Assembly (NCBI GenBank): GCA_018818205.1
Contig: JAHISJ010000023.1
Coordinates: forward strand, 10,600 to 74,599
DNA: 64,000 nt
Direction of reading: 5' to 3'
Origin: Patescibacteria group bacterium
GTDB taxonomy: Bacteria; Patescibacteriota; JABMPQ01; JAHIRA01
The notes beneath the pieces are model-generated. The model was given only the letters and a program-made list of their open reading frames with translations, was not told the origin of the DNA and searched no databases. The translations under genes and the position numbers were made by a program. This document shows, in pieces, positions 45,168-55,237 of this stretch (positions are counted from its first letter, which is position 1; each line of letters opens with the position of its first letter).

Positions 45168-45914
45168 ATGAAACTATCAGTCATCATTCCCGCTTACAAT
45201 GAAAGTAAGCGGATTATCCCAACATTAGAGTCAGTACAAAACTATCTTCAAAACCAAGAGTATGAATCAGAAGTCATTGTTGTGGCTAATGGGTGCAGCG
45301 ATGATACGGTGGAAGTTGCAAACTTGTTCCAGGGTAAAATCAATAATCTTAATGTGCTAAACATTGAAGCAAAAGGGGGTAAGGGCTGGGCGGTCAAAGA
45401 GGGAATGGCTAAAGCCAAAGGAGAAGTTGCCGTATTTATGGATGCCGACAATGCAACCAAGCTTAGTGAAATGGATCATTTCTGGAAATACTTCAATCAA
45501 GGGTATGATGTTGTTATTGGATCCAGAGCGCTTGCTCAGTCTAAAATTACACAAAAACAACCTTTCTATAGACGCTGGCTTGGCAAAAGCGGAAACCTGC
45601 TTATTCGTATGGTACTCATTCCAGGCATTCATGATACGCAATGTGGCTTTAAGGCATTTACGAGTAAGGCTTACGATGATATTTTTTCCAGACTTACTAT
45701 CTTTGGGTGGGGATTTGATATGGAGGTACTCGCAATTGCGAGGCACAAAGGATACAATGTAAAGGAGGAGCCGGTGACGTGGCATGACATTGGAGAAAGT
45801 CGAGTTGAACCCATTAAAGCCGCATTAAATACGTTAAAAGAACTCTATATTATTAGAAAGAATTTAATAAAAGGAACATATGGCAGAGCTGCTAAAAAAA
45901 GAGAACACAAGTAG
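45168..45914 (+). CDS. glycosyltransferase family 2 (polyprenol-phosphate sugar transferase, DPM/GtrB-like)
   Basis: LSVIIPAYNESKRI.., VVANGCSDDT.., FMDADNAT (DxD), CGFKAF. Confidence 0.75.
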   Translation: MKLSVIIPAYNESKRIIPTLESVQNYLQNQEYESEVIVVANGCSDDTVEVANLFQGKINNLNVLNIEAKGGKGWAVKEGMAKAKGEVAVFMDADNATKLSEMDHFWKYFNQGYDVVIGSRALAQSKITQKQPFYRRWLGKSGNLLIRMVLIPGIHDTQCGFKAFTSKAYDDIFSRLTIFGWGFDMEVLAIARHKGYNVKEEPVTWHDIGESRVEPIKAALNTLKELYIIRKNLIKGTYGRAAKKREHK

Positions 45915-46920
45915 TTTTGCGGAGTTTAGACAAAGCCCGGTTACTAAGAGGTGGGTACTTGTTAACCCTGGACGTGCGAGACGTCCAGAGGAGTTTGATC
46001 AATCAAAGAAAAGGAGACAGGGGAAGGCGTCAAAAGAAAGTTGTCCGTTTTGTCATGGGAATGAGGCAAAATTTACTCCAAAAAGCCTTTTAGAACTCTA
46101 CATGCCTGGCCAAAAGGAATGGGCAGTTAGAGTGGTTCCCAATAAATACCCGGCAGTGCTTGAGGAAGAGGTAGACTTAGAGCCAAGCCTTATTGACACG
46201 TATCACAAGAGAAAAGCAGCGACAGGGACACATGAAGTGCTCATAACAGGTGATCACGATAAGTACACGGCAAAAATGCCGGTTCCTCTTGTTGATAAAA
46301 TGCTTGAGACGTATCAGCTTCGTATTCAGGAGCTTTCAAGAAACAAGCATATAGAGTATGTGATTATTTTCCAGAACCAAGGAGATGAGGCAGGGGCATC
46401 TGTGGTGCATCCTCATTCGCAGCTTATTTCTATGAACCATGTACCGTCTCACCCGCTTGGAGAAATAAAAAATTCAAAGGTGTATTTTAAGAAGCACAAG
46501 CGGTGTCTTATCTGTGATATATTAAAGCTGGAACGCGATTTGCAAAAACGGGTGGTAATGGAGTCTGACAATTTTATTGTCTATATGCCGTATGCAGCAC
46601 GGTTTCCCTTCAAAGTATGGTTGCTTCCAAAGGATCATCATTCAATGTTTGAATCTCTTGAGCCAGCACTCAGAAGAGAACTTGCGGAAGTTTTAAAAGA
46701 GTATTTAAGCATTCTTGATAAGAAGCTCGGTGAGCCGGCATACAACTATTATTTACATACGTTGCCGGTAAATGGGGCATACAGTGATGAGCAAGACTCA
46801 TACCATTGGCATTTTTCTATCTTCCCAAGAATAAACATCTTGGCTGGTTTTGAGTTTGGTGCAGGAATTGCAATCAATGAAATGCCACCGGAGATGGCGT
46901 GTGAGTTTTTGAAGAAGTAA
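45880..46920 (+). CDS. galT: galactose-1-phosphate uridylyltransferase (HIT superfamily, class I GalT-like)
   Basis: RWVLVNPGRARRPEE, zinc CPFCHGNE, active-site HPHSQLISM (H-P-H), second half-domain present. Confidence 0.8.
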   Translation: MAELLKKENTSSFAEFRQSPVTKRWVLVNPGRARRPEEFDQSKKRRQGKASKESCPFCHGNEAKFTPKSLLELYMPGQKEWAVRVVPNKYPAVLEEEVDLEPSLIDTYHKRKAATGTHEVLITGDHDKYTAKMPVPLVDKMLETYQLRIQELSRNKHIEYVIIFQNQGDEAGASVVHPHSQLISMNHVPSHPLGEIKNSKVYFKKHKRCLICDILKLERDLQKRVVMESDNFIVYMPYAARFPFKVWLLPKDHHSMFESLEPALRRELAEVLKEYLSILDKKLGEPAYNYYLHTLPVNGAYSDEQDSYHWHFSIFPRINILAGFEFGAGIAINEMPPEMACEFLKK

Positions 46921-46932
46921 TTATCTACAAAT

Positions 46933-47418
46933 ATGGACTTCGTCCACCTCTTCCAAAACATTCCGCACTGGCTTGCAACAATGATGACGGCAATGCTTCC
47001 AATCGGAGAACTGAGAGCTGCTCTGCCAATAGCACTTACCGTCTATAATATGCCTTTTTGGGAGGCATACTTGTTTAGTGTTGCTGGAAACTTGATCCCT
47101 GTAGCGTTTATTCTATGGTTTCTTGACCCTGTCTCAAAGTGGCTCATGAAGCACTCAAAGCTTATGAATCGCTTTTTTACGTGGCTTTTTGACAGAACTC
47201 AAAAAAAGCATACTAAAAAGTTTGAAAAGTGGGGAGTAATAGCTCTTATCACTTTTGTCGCAATTCCTCTTCCAATAACAGGTGCATGGACAGGATCAGT
47301 AGCTGCATTTGTCTTTGGTATTCCCTTTAAAAAAGCGTTTCCACTTATTGCAATTGGCGTATTAATTGCAGGGATTATTGTTGGCGCAATGACACTTGGA
47401 GTAGCTTCAGTATTTTAA
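46933..47418 (+). CDS. small polytopic membrane protein (COG2426-like, function unknown)
   Basis: 161 aa with about 4 TM helices (MMTAMLPIGELRAALPIAL.., IPLPITGAWTGSVAAFVFGIPF). Confidence 0.45.
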   Translation: MDFVHLFQNIPHWLATMMTAMLPIGELRAALPIALTVYNMPFWEAYLFSVAGNLIPVAFILWFLDPVSKWLMKHSKLMNRFFTWLFDRTQKKHTKKFEKWGVIALITFVAIPLPITGAWTGSVAAFVFGIPFKKAFPLIAIGVLIAGIIVGAMTLGVASVF

Positions 47419-47436
47419 ATTATTAACCATTGTATC

Positions 47437-48189
47437 ATGGAACCAAAAACAATTATTGCCGCGAATTGGAAGATGAATCTAGCGCTCGATGAAGCGGTCA
47501 TATTAGCTCGAGATATTGAAAAGTACGTAGAGGAAAACAAGGTTCAAAATGAAGTGGTTTTATGCCCTACGTTTATGCAGTTGCCGCTGGTTAAAGATGA
47601 GGTAGTTAAGGTTATCCTTGGTGCACAAGATGTCTACTATGAAGATAATGGCGCTTTTACTGGTGAGATCTCAACAGAAATGCTTAAAGAAATACAGACG
47701 TCATATGTTATTGTTGGCCATTCTGAGAGACGGCATGTCTTAGGTGAGACAGATGAAATCGTTAATAAGAAGAATAAAAAAGTGCTTGATTCTGGCATGA
47801 AGTCAATCTTTTGTGTAGGAGAGACAGAAGAGCAAAGAGAGAATGGTGAGACTGATGATGTGCTTATAACCCAAGTAGTCGCAGGCCTCGAAGGAGCAAC
47901 ACCTGAGCAAATGAAGGACGTTGTTATCGCCTACGAGCCGGTATGGGCAATCGGGACAGGAAATAACGCAACTCTAGAGGATGCAGAAGCCGCGATCAAA
48001 ACAATTAGAAAAACAATTGCAGAAAAGTATTCTGTAGAGACAGCTCAGGAATTGTCTGTCTTGTATGGTGGAAGCGTAAAGCCAGATAATATTGACGATT
48101 TTGCAAATAGTGATGAAATAAATGGTGTATTGGTTGGCGGTGCAAGCTTAAAGAAAGACGACTTTATTCAACTCATTCAAGCGTTTTAG
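47437..48189 (+). CDS. tpiA: triosephosphate isomerase
   Basis: IAANWKMN, VIVGHSERR, FCVGETEEQRE, AYEPVWAIGTG, YGGSV. Confidence 0.9.
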   Translation: MEPKTIIAANWKMNLALDEAVILARDIEKYVEENKVQNEVVLCPTFMQLPLVKDEVVKVILGAQDVYYEDNGAFTGEISTEMLKEIQTSYVIVGHSERRHVLGETDEIVNKKNKKVLDSGMKSIFCVGETEEQRENGETDDVLITQVVAGLEGATPEQMKDVVIAYEPVWAIGTGNNATLEDAEAAIKTIRKTIAEKYSVETAQELSVLYGGSVKPDNIDDFANSDEINGVLVGGASLKKDDFIQLIQAF

Positions 48190-48190
48190 T

Positions 48191-50509
48191 ATGAGAGGAG
48201 AACAGGAAAAAATAGCGTACATAGAAAGCCAAGCTGAATCAGATCCAGCTATTTTAGAGTTCCTAGAAAGATTAGATGCAGACGAACTTAAAGAGTATGA
48301 CGACAGAAAATGGATGGGGCAGCACGAAGAGCTTAGAAATGGTGTTCGTGAAATGTGCTCTCTACCAGTGAATGAAGAAACATGGGGGAAAATAGTGAGT
48401 AAGCTTCATGAAATAGATTTTCTTGGAGCGCTGTCTTCCCCAGAAGTGGTTAGGAATCCCGCTGTGGATAAACAAGACTTAATGCATAGGCTAATAGAGA
48501 AACAAAGTCCCTGGATTGATGAGATGTTTGAGAGTTGCAGAGATCAACTCACCAACCTTGACGAAATTTTTGACTATTTTTGGAAATACGGTCATTACTA
48601 CATGATTTTAGGGCATTTAGAAGACTTTGAGCAATACGTTTCCGATCATCAAAGATTAGTTGATAGAGCATTAAAGCATGGTGTTACCGGCAACTGGGAA
48701 GCGGTTATTGAAAATTTAGACAAACTAAAAGGAGTAGATAAAGAAGAAGTATTTGACGAGGCGTATGAGAGGCTTTGGGTATATGCAGAAAAAAATAAAG
48801 ATCAGAAAGAATTTAATGAACTCTATGCCATTGTAGGGGAGAATATACATAAGCTTCCAGAAATAGGTTCAGATCGAGCGGATGAAGTTATTGCAGGACT
48901 TATAAATATGGATAGGCTTGATTTAGCTGAGAGAGTAAATCAAAAAACTGGAATACCTGACAAGCTCTTACATGAAGTTTCTAAGAAATATAAAGGAAGA
49001 GTGGATTTAAGGTTGTTTGTGCTTGCTCAGCAAATATATGAAGAAGAACCCGCAGAAGACTTTCGTGCACTCGGCGTGCAAGAGACAGGAGAAAAAGGAC
49101 TGCAAGAGTTGATTGAGGTGTATCAAAGGGAAAGGAGCCGCATAATCAGTGGTGATTTTTCTTTGGAGGACTTCCAAAATAGTGTTTTTGATACTATGTT
49201 TAAGTCTATTGTTCGTTTTGGGTATGCAGAATATGGTGATCAAAATGAAGCTGTCTTTAGAGCAAAAGTAGAGCTGTATTATAGTAATGAATCTCAGTAT
49301 GTATCCCTTAATGAAGCATATGTAGCCAGTGAGCCAGTACGCGTTTTCCGGTATGACGGAAAAGCTCAAGACGAGTTCCAATTCCCTGAACCAGTACAAC
49401 ACAGACTCAACGTTCTACTACATTCCATTGAAGAAGCGAGAAGGTTCGCTGGACAAGACGAGGGTGCCAATCTTCTTTTAGAGAGGATTCGTGAGAAACG
49501 AAGTAAAGCTGTACTAGAACTTGCAGAGCGTATAGAATCACAAGAAAACGAAAAGGCTAAAATTGCATTTAGTGATCTCCAAGCAAATTTAGAGGCGCTT
49601 GATTTAGAAGAGCTCAAAAATCCTCAGGAAATGTTTGTTACTCTCAGAAAAAGCAATTTTTTTGAAGAAGAACTCAGGCAAGCCATGTTTTATTTTGCAT
49701 TTCTTAATCATCCGAACTTCTTAGAAAAAAGAGTAGGTGAATTTAATAGGGAAAACTCCTCCATAGATGAACTGAGCTGGGTGCACAATTTTACTGGTCA
49801 TGTAGCTTTACAAGCAACACTTCTTCCCTATTTTAAAAATAATAAAGCTCGCAAAGAACTAAAAAGTCTCTTAAATACTTCAGCACTTAAACAAGGGATT
49901 TCTCAATATTCCAACTTGCCTACAAAAGGCAGCAAGTCCATGCGTTTTGATCCGCACAGAGATCTCCTTACCGAATTTTCTGGATATATTGCCGATGCGT
50001 GTTGGACAGAGGGAGACGTGGATGATGAAGAGAATATTTTTGAAGGTGAAGTAGTAAGCATTCTTGATGAATTTCCTAATGTTGTCTCAGAAAATTTTGT
50101 TATTAACCCTGACACCGAGAATGAAAAATTTGGTGGTGCAACCTTGCTTATAGAAACAGAAAGCAAAGATAATGAGAAGCTACTTGTCATTACAGGAATA
50201 AATCCTCTAGAAAACGTTATTAATCAGCTTTCTCCTAGAGATTTTCTAAAACAGTATCTCATTCATCTCGACAAGGCGGCAAAGAGGTTAGAAAGAAAAA
50301 CTGCCATTACGATTGATGATCACTCTGGCGGCTCTGCAACCAATCGTCCAACCTTTTTCGCTTATTTGAGTAAAATTAAACCGTATTTAAAAAAAGTCAC
50401 ACTCAAGTCTAAAGAAGACACTGAGTTTAATGGCTATGATATTCGAGAGGACACCTATTTAATTTCCGTAGAGGATTTAGAAAGAATAGAAAAGGAATTA
50501 AATCTATGA
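48191..50509 (+). CDS. large acidic alpha-helical hypothetical protein (772 aa). The start lies 1 nt after the tpiA stop.
   Basis: ORF. No catalytic or NTP-binding motif recognised. ATGA-type overlap with the downstream DUF1801 gene. Confidence 0.5.
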   Translation: MRGEQEKIAYIESQAESDPAILEFLERLDADELKEYDDRKWMGQHEELRNGVREMCSLPVNEETWGKIVSKLHEIDFLGALSSPEVVRNPAVDKQDLMHRLIEKQSPWIDEMFESCRDQLTNLDEIFDYFWKYGHYYMILGHLEDFEQYVSDHQRLVDRALKHGVTGNWEAVIENLDKLKGVDKEEVFDEAYERLWVYAEKNKDQKEFNELYAIVGENIHKLPEIGSDRADEVIAGLINMDRLDLAERVNQKTGIPDKLLHEVSKKYKGRVDLRLFVLAQQIYEEEPAEDFRALGVQETGEKGLQELIEVYQRERSRIISGDFSLEDFQNSVFDTMFKSIVRFGYAEYGDQNEAVFRAKVELYYSNESQYVSLNEAYVASEPVRVFRYDGKAQDEFQFPEPVQHRLNVLLHSIEEARRFAGQDEGANLLLERIREKRSKAVLELAERIESQENEKAKIAFSDLQANLEALDLEELKNPQEMFVTLRKSNFFEEELRQAMFYFAFLNHPNFLEKRVGEFNRENSSIDELSWVHNFTGHVALQATLLPYFKNNKARKELKSLLNTSALKQGISQYSNLPTKGSKSMRFDPHRDLLTEFSGYIADACWTEGDVDDEENIFEGEVVSILDEFPNVVSENFVINPDTENEKFGGATLLIETESKDNEKLLVITGINPLENVINQLSPRDFLKQYLIHLDKAAKRLERKTAITIDDHSGGSATNRPTFFAYLSKIKPYLKKVTLKSKEDTEFNGYDIREDTYLISVEDLERIEKELNL

Positions 50510-50832
50510 ACACTGATGTAGGCAATTATTTTAATAACCAAAAATCCCCCCAAAAAGAGGTAGCTCTGGCTCTCAGAAAAATCATCAAAAAAACCTTTCC
50601 AAAAATCAAAGAAGAAATGAAGTACGGCGTACCCTACTATGAGGATAAATTTTACATTGTTGCCCTAAAAGATCACGTAAATCTAGGCTTTTCAATAATA
50701 GGATTAAGTAAAGATGAGATAGTATTGTTTGACGGTGGCGGAAAAACGACCAAATACATTGCCGTTGATTCTCCTAAAAAAATTGATGAGAAGAAAATAG
50801 TTAAGTTATTGAAACTAGTTTGGAATAAGTAA
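50506..50832 (+). CDS. DUF1801 (YdhG-like) small protein
   Basis: 108 aa; KEVALALRKIIKKTFPKIKEEMKYGVPYYEDKFYIVALKDHVNLGFS, typical of DUF1801. Confidence 0.5.
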   Translation: MNTDVGNYFNNQKSPQKEVALALRKIIKKTFPKIKEEMKYGVPYYEDKFYIVALKDHVNLGFSIIGLSKDEIVLFDGGGKTTKYIAVDSPKKIDEKKIVKLLKLVWNK

Positions 50833-50838
50833 TGTCCT

Positions 50839-53800
50839 ATGAGCAGATCAAGAGAAGAATTTTCTAGAGAGAGTCAGCGTGCAGAAATTCGTGAGTATGT
50901 CAAGACGGAGATTCTTAGATGTGAGCAAGAAGTGCTTTCCCAAGAAATGCGAGATACAAATAAGTATAACGTTAAAGCGTGTTTTGAAGAAATCTCTGAG
51001 ACACTAGGAAAAGAGCCCTATATAGATCACATACTGACGGCAGAGGACGCAAAACGCTTTTTAAATGGCATGGTAGGTGTTCTAAAATCATTTAGAACAT
51101 ACGAGGAAGGAAACGGTATTATTGATGTAACACAAAATACCATGAAAACGGCACTAACTGACGTAACATCACTGCTGAGAGATGATGTACAAGGTGATTT
51201 TGAAAGAGTAACCGGCTTTATAAAAGATAATCCACGTCGTGTTACAAATCACCAGCCCGAACTAAACGCACTAACAGAAATTGCCAATGTAAGCGCGCTT
51301 ATTCGCTCAAGTGAGGATCTTCGGAGACTGTTGAAATTTGCGCATATTCTTGGACGCTCAAAAGTAGAAAAATGTATTGGTAGAGAAGACTATTCTCCAA
51401 AGAAAAAGAGGCTTCTTGAGTCAATCACTGATCCCAAAAAAAGAGAAAAATTAATACAGGGCGTATATGGGCAAGAAACAGAGCAGATAGAGCGATTTTC
51501 GCAAATGCGTGAGCTTCTTCAAGACTCTCATGATTTGAGCAATTACTTACGGATTGTTGAAATAGATACATCGTATCGACCAGATGGGCATAGATTCCCA
51601 GGAGATTCCGGGAGAAAAACACATTTTTTAAGTGATGCACTAAGTAAAAGTCCCGATGATGCGCGGGCATTCATTGCTCTTGCCGGTAGATTTGCAAAGA
51701 GAGGCATTGATCCTCAGTTTGTATACGACCATGAAGATGTTCTTGCCACTGAAGAAATCTCAGAAGATGGCGAAGGACTTTTAGCGCTACCTTTTGAACT
51801 TAGAGGTAAATGGCTTAGTGAGTGTGAGAAAATCGTTGCTAGAAACACTGGAGCATTAGAAAATATAGCACCATTCATTAGTGAGGGGCTCGTTTCTGAT
51901 GCTGATGTTCAAGCTGACGCTCGGAAAGCGTTAGACACTATTGTTCAAATGCTTGTAAGAAATGTTAATGGATCTGATATAAAAGTATTGTGTAGATTAA
52001 TCCCTGAGGCTTTGACTTATCTCAAAAAAATTGATAGAGAAGATACCCTGAGTCTTGAAGAAAAAACGAATGAGTATTTAACGAGCCTTGGTACATTCTC
52101 AAAAATTAATAGAGAGTCCGGGCATAGTAGAAGAGTAACTCAGCAGTATGCGCATCAATTTTTTTCTGATGACGTGCAGGAGGTGTTGCCGCATCTTACA
52201 GAGCTCATGCGTTCATTACTCATTGATAGAATGAGAGATGATAGAGACATGGCACGTATTGTTATTGAAAAACTCGATTCCTTTTACCAAGATTCTATTG
52301 CAGCAAGCGCTGTAAGAATAGCATTAGAACATCCAAAGGTTGCAGAGTTATTTGTGCAAATGTACGACGAATCTCCTGTTTGGAAGGATGAACCATGGGT
52401 TCCTTATGCATTGAAGGTCGCACAAAATAGAATAGAAAAAACTGGCGAGACAGAGGCATTGGAAAAAACTTTTGAGGAATATAATGACTTAGGTGAGAAG
52501 GGTGGTTTACAAGAGAAAGATGGATATGAGGATCATTTTTATCGTCTAAATAAAGAAAAAATTCTCTTTGCGCGTGGAGTTGCTGCTCTTTTAAGAAATC
52601 CTGAGCAAGCCCAAAAAGAGGGTGAAATGAGTTTAAATCAAGAAGGAAGAGAGGCCTTGCAGCAGATCAAAGACATTTTAGCAAAAGAATACGAGATGTT
52701 CAAAGAAGAGCTCCTTGCTGAAGAATTTGTGCCAACCGAGGACACTGATGCATTGTTTTCACCTGAAAACAGTGATGTTAAGATGAACAATCTTATGCCC
52801 AATGTGGAGAATTTTGTTGGGAGATATGTATCACTTCTTGCGGAAGGAAACCCGGAGGATCTAAATCGAATTTTAATTGAAAATAGGGAGGCAATTAAAA
52901 GCCTTGTAAAAGAGGGGTTTAGAAAGTACAGAAAGGCTTACATTATAGATATTCCTCTGTATGACAAGCTTTACAAAGAGCTTGATCTAATGCGCGAGTC
53001 TGGAAGGGACCCAATGGAAGTGTACATTGGGAGGGCGTTTGTTCAGGCATATGTTGGGAGGCGAGCACAAGAAATGGCCAGAAAAGGGTCACTTGATGAT
53101 AATCAAAGAGAAGCATTAGAGAAGAGCGGTGAAATAATCAGTATTAGACCACAGTATATTGTGTATCCACGCTACTTTGCACTCAATATAAAGCAAGAGG
53201 TACTTACCGAGTATTTAAAACAAGAGCAAATCAGTCATGAGCAAGATCCTGTTTTTTGTGATGTTGGACATCATGGTCTTGTGCCAGAGCATATGATGCG
53301 CATAATGGGATTTGATGATACTGAGATTGATGCACGTATCCACATGCTTCTTGCGGATGATAAAAAGAGGCAAGTAATTGGTGTCCCATACTATTACAGT
53401 ATGTCTGAGACTGAAGAAATTGAGGCAGAGGCAACTGCAGAAGAGATGTCTTTTGGGCTCTATAGAAATCCAAAAACAGGAAAGATTCAAAATGTAGCCC
53501 GTCCAGCATCGCCTGAAGATCAGTTTCATTTTGAGATGGTAAAACAAGCAATTACCCGACATTATTGGGTGAGAGAGAAGCGTCACTTTAATCCTTTCAA
53601 GACAGTTAACCACGAATCAGAGAAGTACCGAATACGCATTAAGCAGGAATGTGATGAAAATATCCCTCTTGGGTTTCTTGACGATCCGGAGGAATATATT
53701 GCAACGCACGCAAAAGGTATTCAAGGCGATGTTGATGTAAGTGAACAAAGAACATCGCATTTTTCACTTTCCAACGGAGATCACGTAGTCGCAAAAAAAT

Positions 53801-54207
53801 TTGGCACTACTGATAACAAGAAAGCACAAAGAGAATATATGACTCTTTTGCGAGCAAAGGAAGAAAATTTCCCCGTCCCCGCTCCTATTGGAATAGTAAA
53901 TGGAAAAGAAGGATCTGAAAATTCGTACGTTCTTTTAGAGTATACAGATGGTGTTCAAGCTAGTGAGTTTGAGAGTTATTTGAGGGGCTTGGGATTGCCT
54001 GGTGAAGATATTACTCAGTTACTTACAACGCTAGAGGGAATGAGCATTAAACTGAGAAACACATTTGCAGAAGATTTGGCCATCACAAAAGACTGGACGT
54101 ACGATGACCTCATAGTTGATTTTGATGAAGACCAGGGTATAATCAGGAGTATTACATCGGTTGATTGGGAGGATGCTGAGCCCTATAGTTTTCAGTTTGA
54201 AATATAA
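50839..54207 (+). CDS. giant hypothetical protein (1122 aa). Mostly alpha-helical and acidic. The C-terminal 190 aa or so has an atypical protein-kinase-like / Kdo-kinase-like motif arrangement.
   Basis: C-terminal order resembles a protein-kinase-like fold: VAKKF (beta3 Lys), REYMTLL (alphaC Glu), LLEYTDG (hinge), DDLIVDFDED (catalytic loop), SVDWED (DFG-equivalent). Stop overlaps the epmA ATG (TAATG). Confidence 0.5.
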   Translation: MSRSREEFSRESQRAEIREYVKTEILRCEQEVLSQEMRDTNKYNVKACFEEISETLGKEPYIDHILTAEDAKRFLNGMVGVLKSFRTYEEGNGIIDVTQNTMKTALTDVTSLLRDDVQGDFERVTGFIKDNPRRVTNHQPELNALTEIANVSALIRSSEDLRRLLKFAHILGRSKVEKCIGREDYSPKKKRLLESITDPKKREKLIQGVYGQETEQIERFSQMRELLQDSHDLSNYLRIVEIDTSYRPDGHRFPGDSGRKTHFLSDALSKSPDDARAFIALAGRFAKRGIDPQFVYDHEDVLATEEISEDGEGLLALPFELRGKWLSECEKIVARNTGALENIAPFISEGLVSDADVQADARKALDTIVQMLVRNVNGSDIKVLCRLIPEALTYLKKIDREDTLSLEEKTNEYLTSLGTFSKINRESGHSRRVTQQYAHQFFSDDVQEVLPHLTELMRSLLIDRMRDDRDMARIVIEKLDSFYQDSIAASAVRIALEHPKVAELFVQMYDESPVWKDEPWVPYALKVAQNRIEKTGETEALEKTFEEYNDLGEKGGLQEKDGYEDHFYRLNKEKILFARGVAALLRNPEQAQKEGEMSLNQEGREALQQIKDILAKEYEMFKEELLAEEFVPTEDTDALFSPENSDVKMNNLMPNVENFVGRYVSLLAEGNPEDLNRILIENREAIKSLVKEGFRKYRKAYIIDIPLYDKLYKELDLMRESGRDPMEVYIGRAFVQAYVGRRAQEMARKGSLDDNQREALEKSGEIISIRPQYIVYPRYFALNIKQEVLTEYLKQEQISHEQDPVFCDVGHHGLVPEHMMRIMGFDDTEIDARIHMLLADDKKRQVIGVPYYYSMSETEEIEAEATAEEMSFGLYRNPKTGKIQNVARPASPEDQFHFEMVKQAITRHYWVREKRHFNPFKTVNHESEKYRIRIKQECDENIPLGFLDDPEEYIATHAKGIQGDVDVSEQRTSHFSLSNGDHVVAKKFGTTDNKKAQREYMTLLRAKEENFPVPAPIGIVNGKEGSENSYVLLEYTDGVQASEFESYLRGLGLPGEDITQLLTTLEGMSIKLRNTFAEDLAITKDWTYDDLIVDFDEDQGIIRSITSVDWEDAEPYSFQFEI

Positions 54208-55214
54208 TGGGCGTTTCAGTGAATACAAGCTTTTCTCCACTTTCAAAAAAAAAGAAAGAAATTCTAAAAAAGCGAATGCAGATTCAAAAATCCATTCGTT
54301 GTTTTTTTGATCAAAAAGGTTTTATGGAAGTCGAGACTCCAAAACTTGTGAGTCTCCCTGGCATGGAACCAAATCTAACTCCATTTAGGACCTCACTGTT
54401 AAGAAACAAAAAAAACCACGATGCCTATCTCATAACATCCCCTGAATACCACATGAAAAAGATTTTGTGTTCTGGCATGAAAAAGATTTGGCAAATGTGC
54501 CCGGTTTTTAGAAACGCTGAAGAAAAAAGTCCCTATCACAACCCGGAATTTACCATGATCGAATGGTACATTACTGGTGGTAATTACAAAAGTATGGCCG
54601 ATTTTACCGAAGAGCTTGTTTTGTATATTTCTCAAGGATTTGCAAAACTACAAAAACCATTTGAACACATAACCTGCAGAGAAGCTTTTTTAGCATATAC
54701 TGGATTGCATCTTGAAGAGTTGTATCAAGACAAAGACACGTTTATAAAAAAAGCTCAAGGGATCGGATATGCGGTTACTGTGAGAGACGAAACAGCAGAT
54801 ATTTTTTATAAGATATTTCTAAAAGACATTGAACCTCATCTCGGGAAAAAGAAACCGACTTTTCTCTTTGACTATCCTGCAGAATTTGCAGCTCTATCTA
54901 AAATTAAGAAGGATAACCCATTATTTTGTGAGCGGTTTGAGCTGTATATTGACGGCATAGAAATCGCTAATGCATTCTCAGAACTTACCTATCCAAAAGA
55001 GCAGAAAGAAAGACTGCAAAAGGAGAGACAGGAGCGCAAGGAGCTAGGCAAAGAAGTATACGACGTTGACACGGGCTTTATTGACGCGTTAGAATATGGT
55101 ATGCCCAAATCGAGCGGCATTGCACTTGGATTTGATAGATTAGTTATGGTACTTACCGGGACAAAGTCAATTTCTGAAGTGATGTGGTTTTCGGGCGAAG
55201 AAGTGTTTGAGTGA
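54207..55214 (+). CDS. epmA: EF-P--(R)-beta-lysine ligase EpmA (PoxA/GenX; class II LysRS catalytic-core paralog lacking the anticodon-binding domain)
   Basis: Motif-by-motif match to E. coli EpmA: TSPEYHMKK, FRNAEEKSPYHNPEFTMIEWY, KKKPTFLFDYPA, ERFELYIDGIEIANAFSELT, GMPKSSGIALGFDRLVMVLTG. 335 aa. Confidence 0.85.
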   Translation: MGVSVNTSFSPLSKKKKEILKKRMQIQKSIRCFFDQKGFMEVETPKLVSLPGMEPNLTPFRTSLLRNKKNHDAYLITSPEYHMKKILCSGMKKIWQMCPVFRNAEEKSPYHNPEFTMIEWYITGGNYKSMADFTEELVLYISQGFAKLQKPFEHITCREAFLAYTGLHLEELYQDKDTFIKKAQGIGYAVTVRDETADIFYKIFLKDIEPHLGKKKPTFLFDYPAEFAALSKIKKDNPLFCERFELYIDGIEIANAFSELTYPKEQKERLQKERQERKELGKEVYDVDTGFIDALEYGMPKSSGIALGFDRLVMVLTGTKSISEVMWFSGEEVFE

Positions 55215-55237
55215 ATTTTGCAAATTAAAAAACGAAC

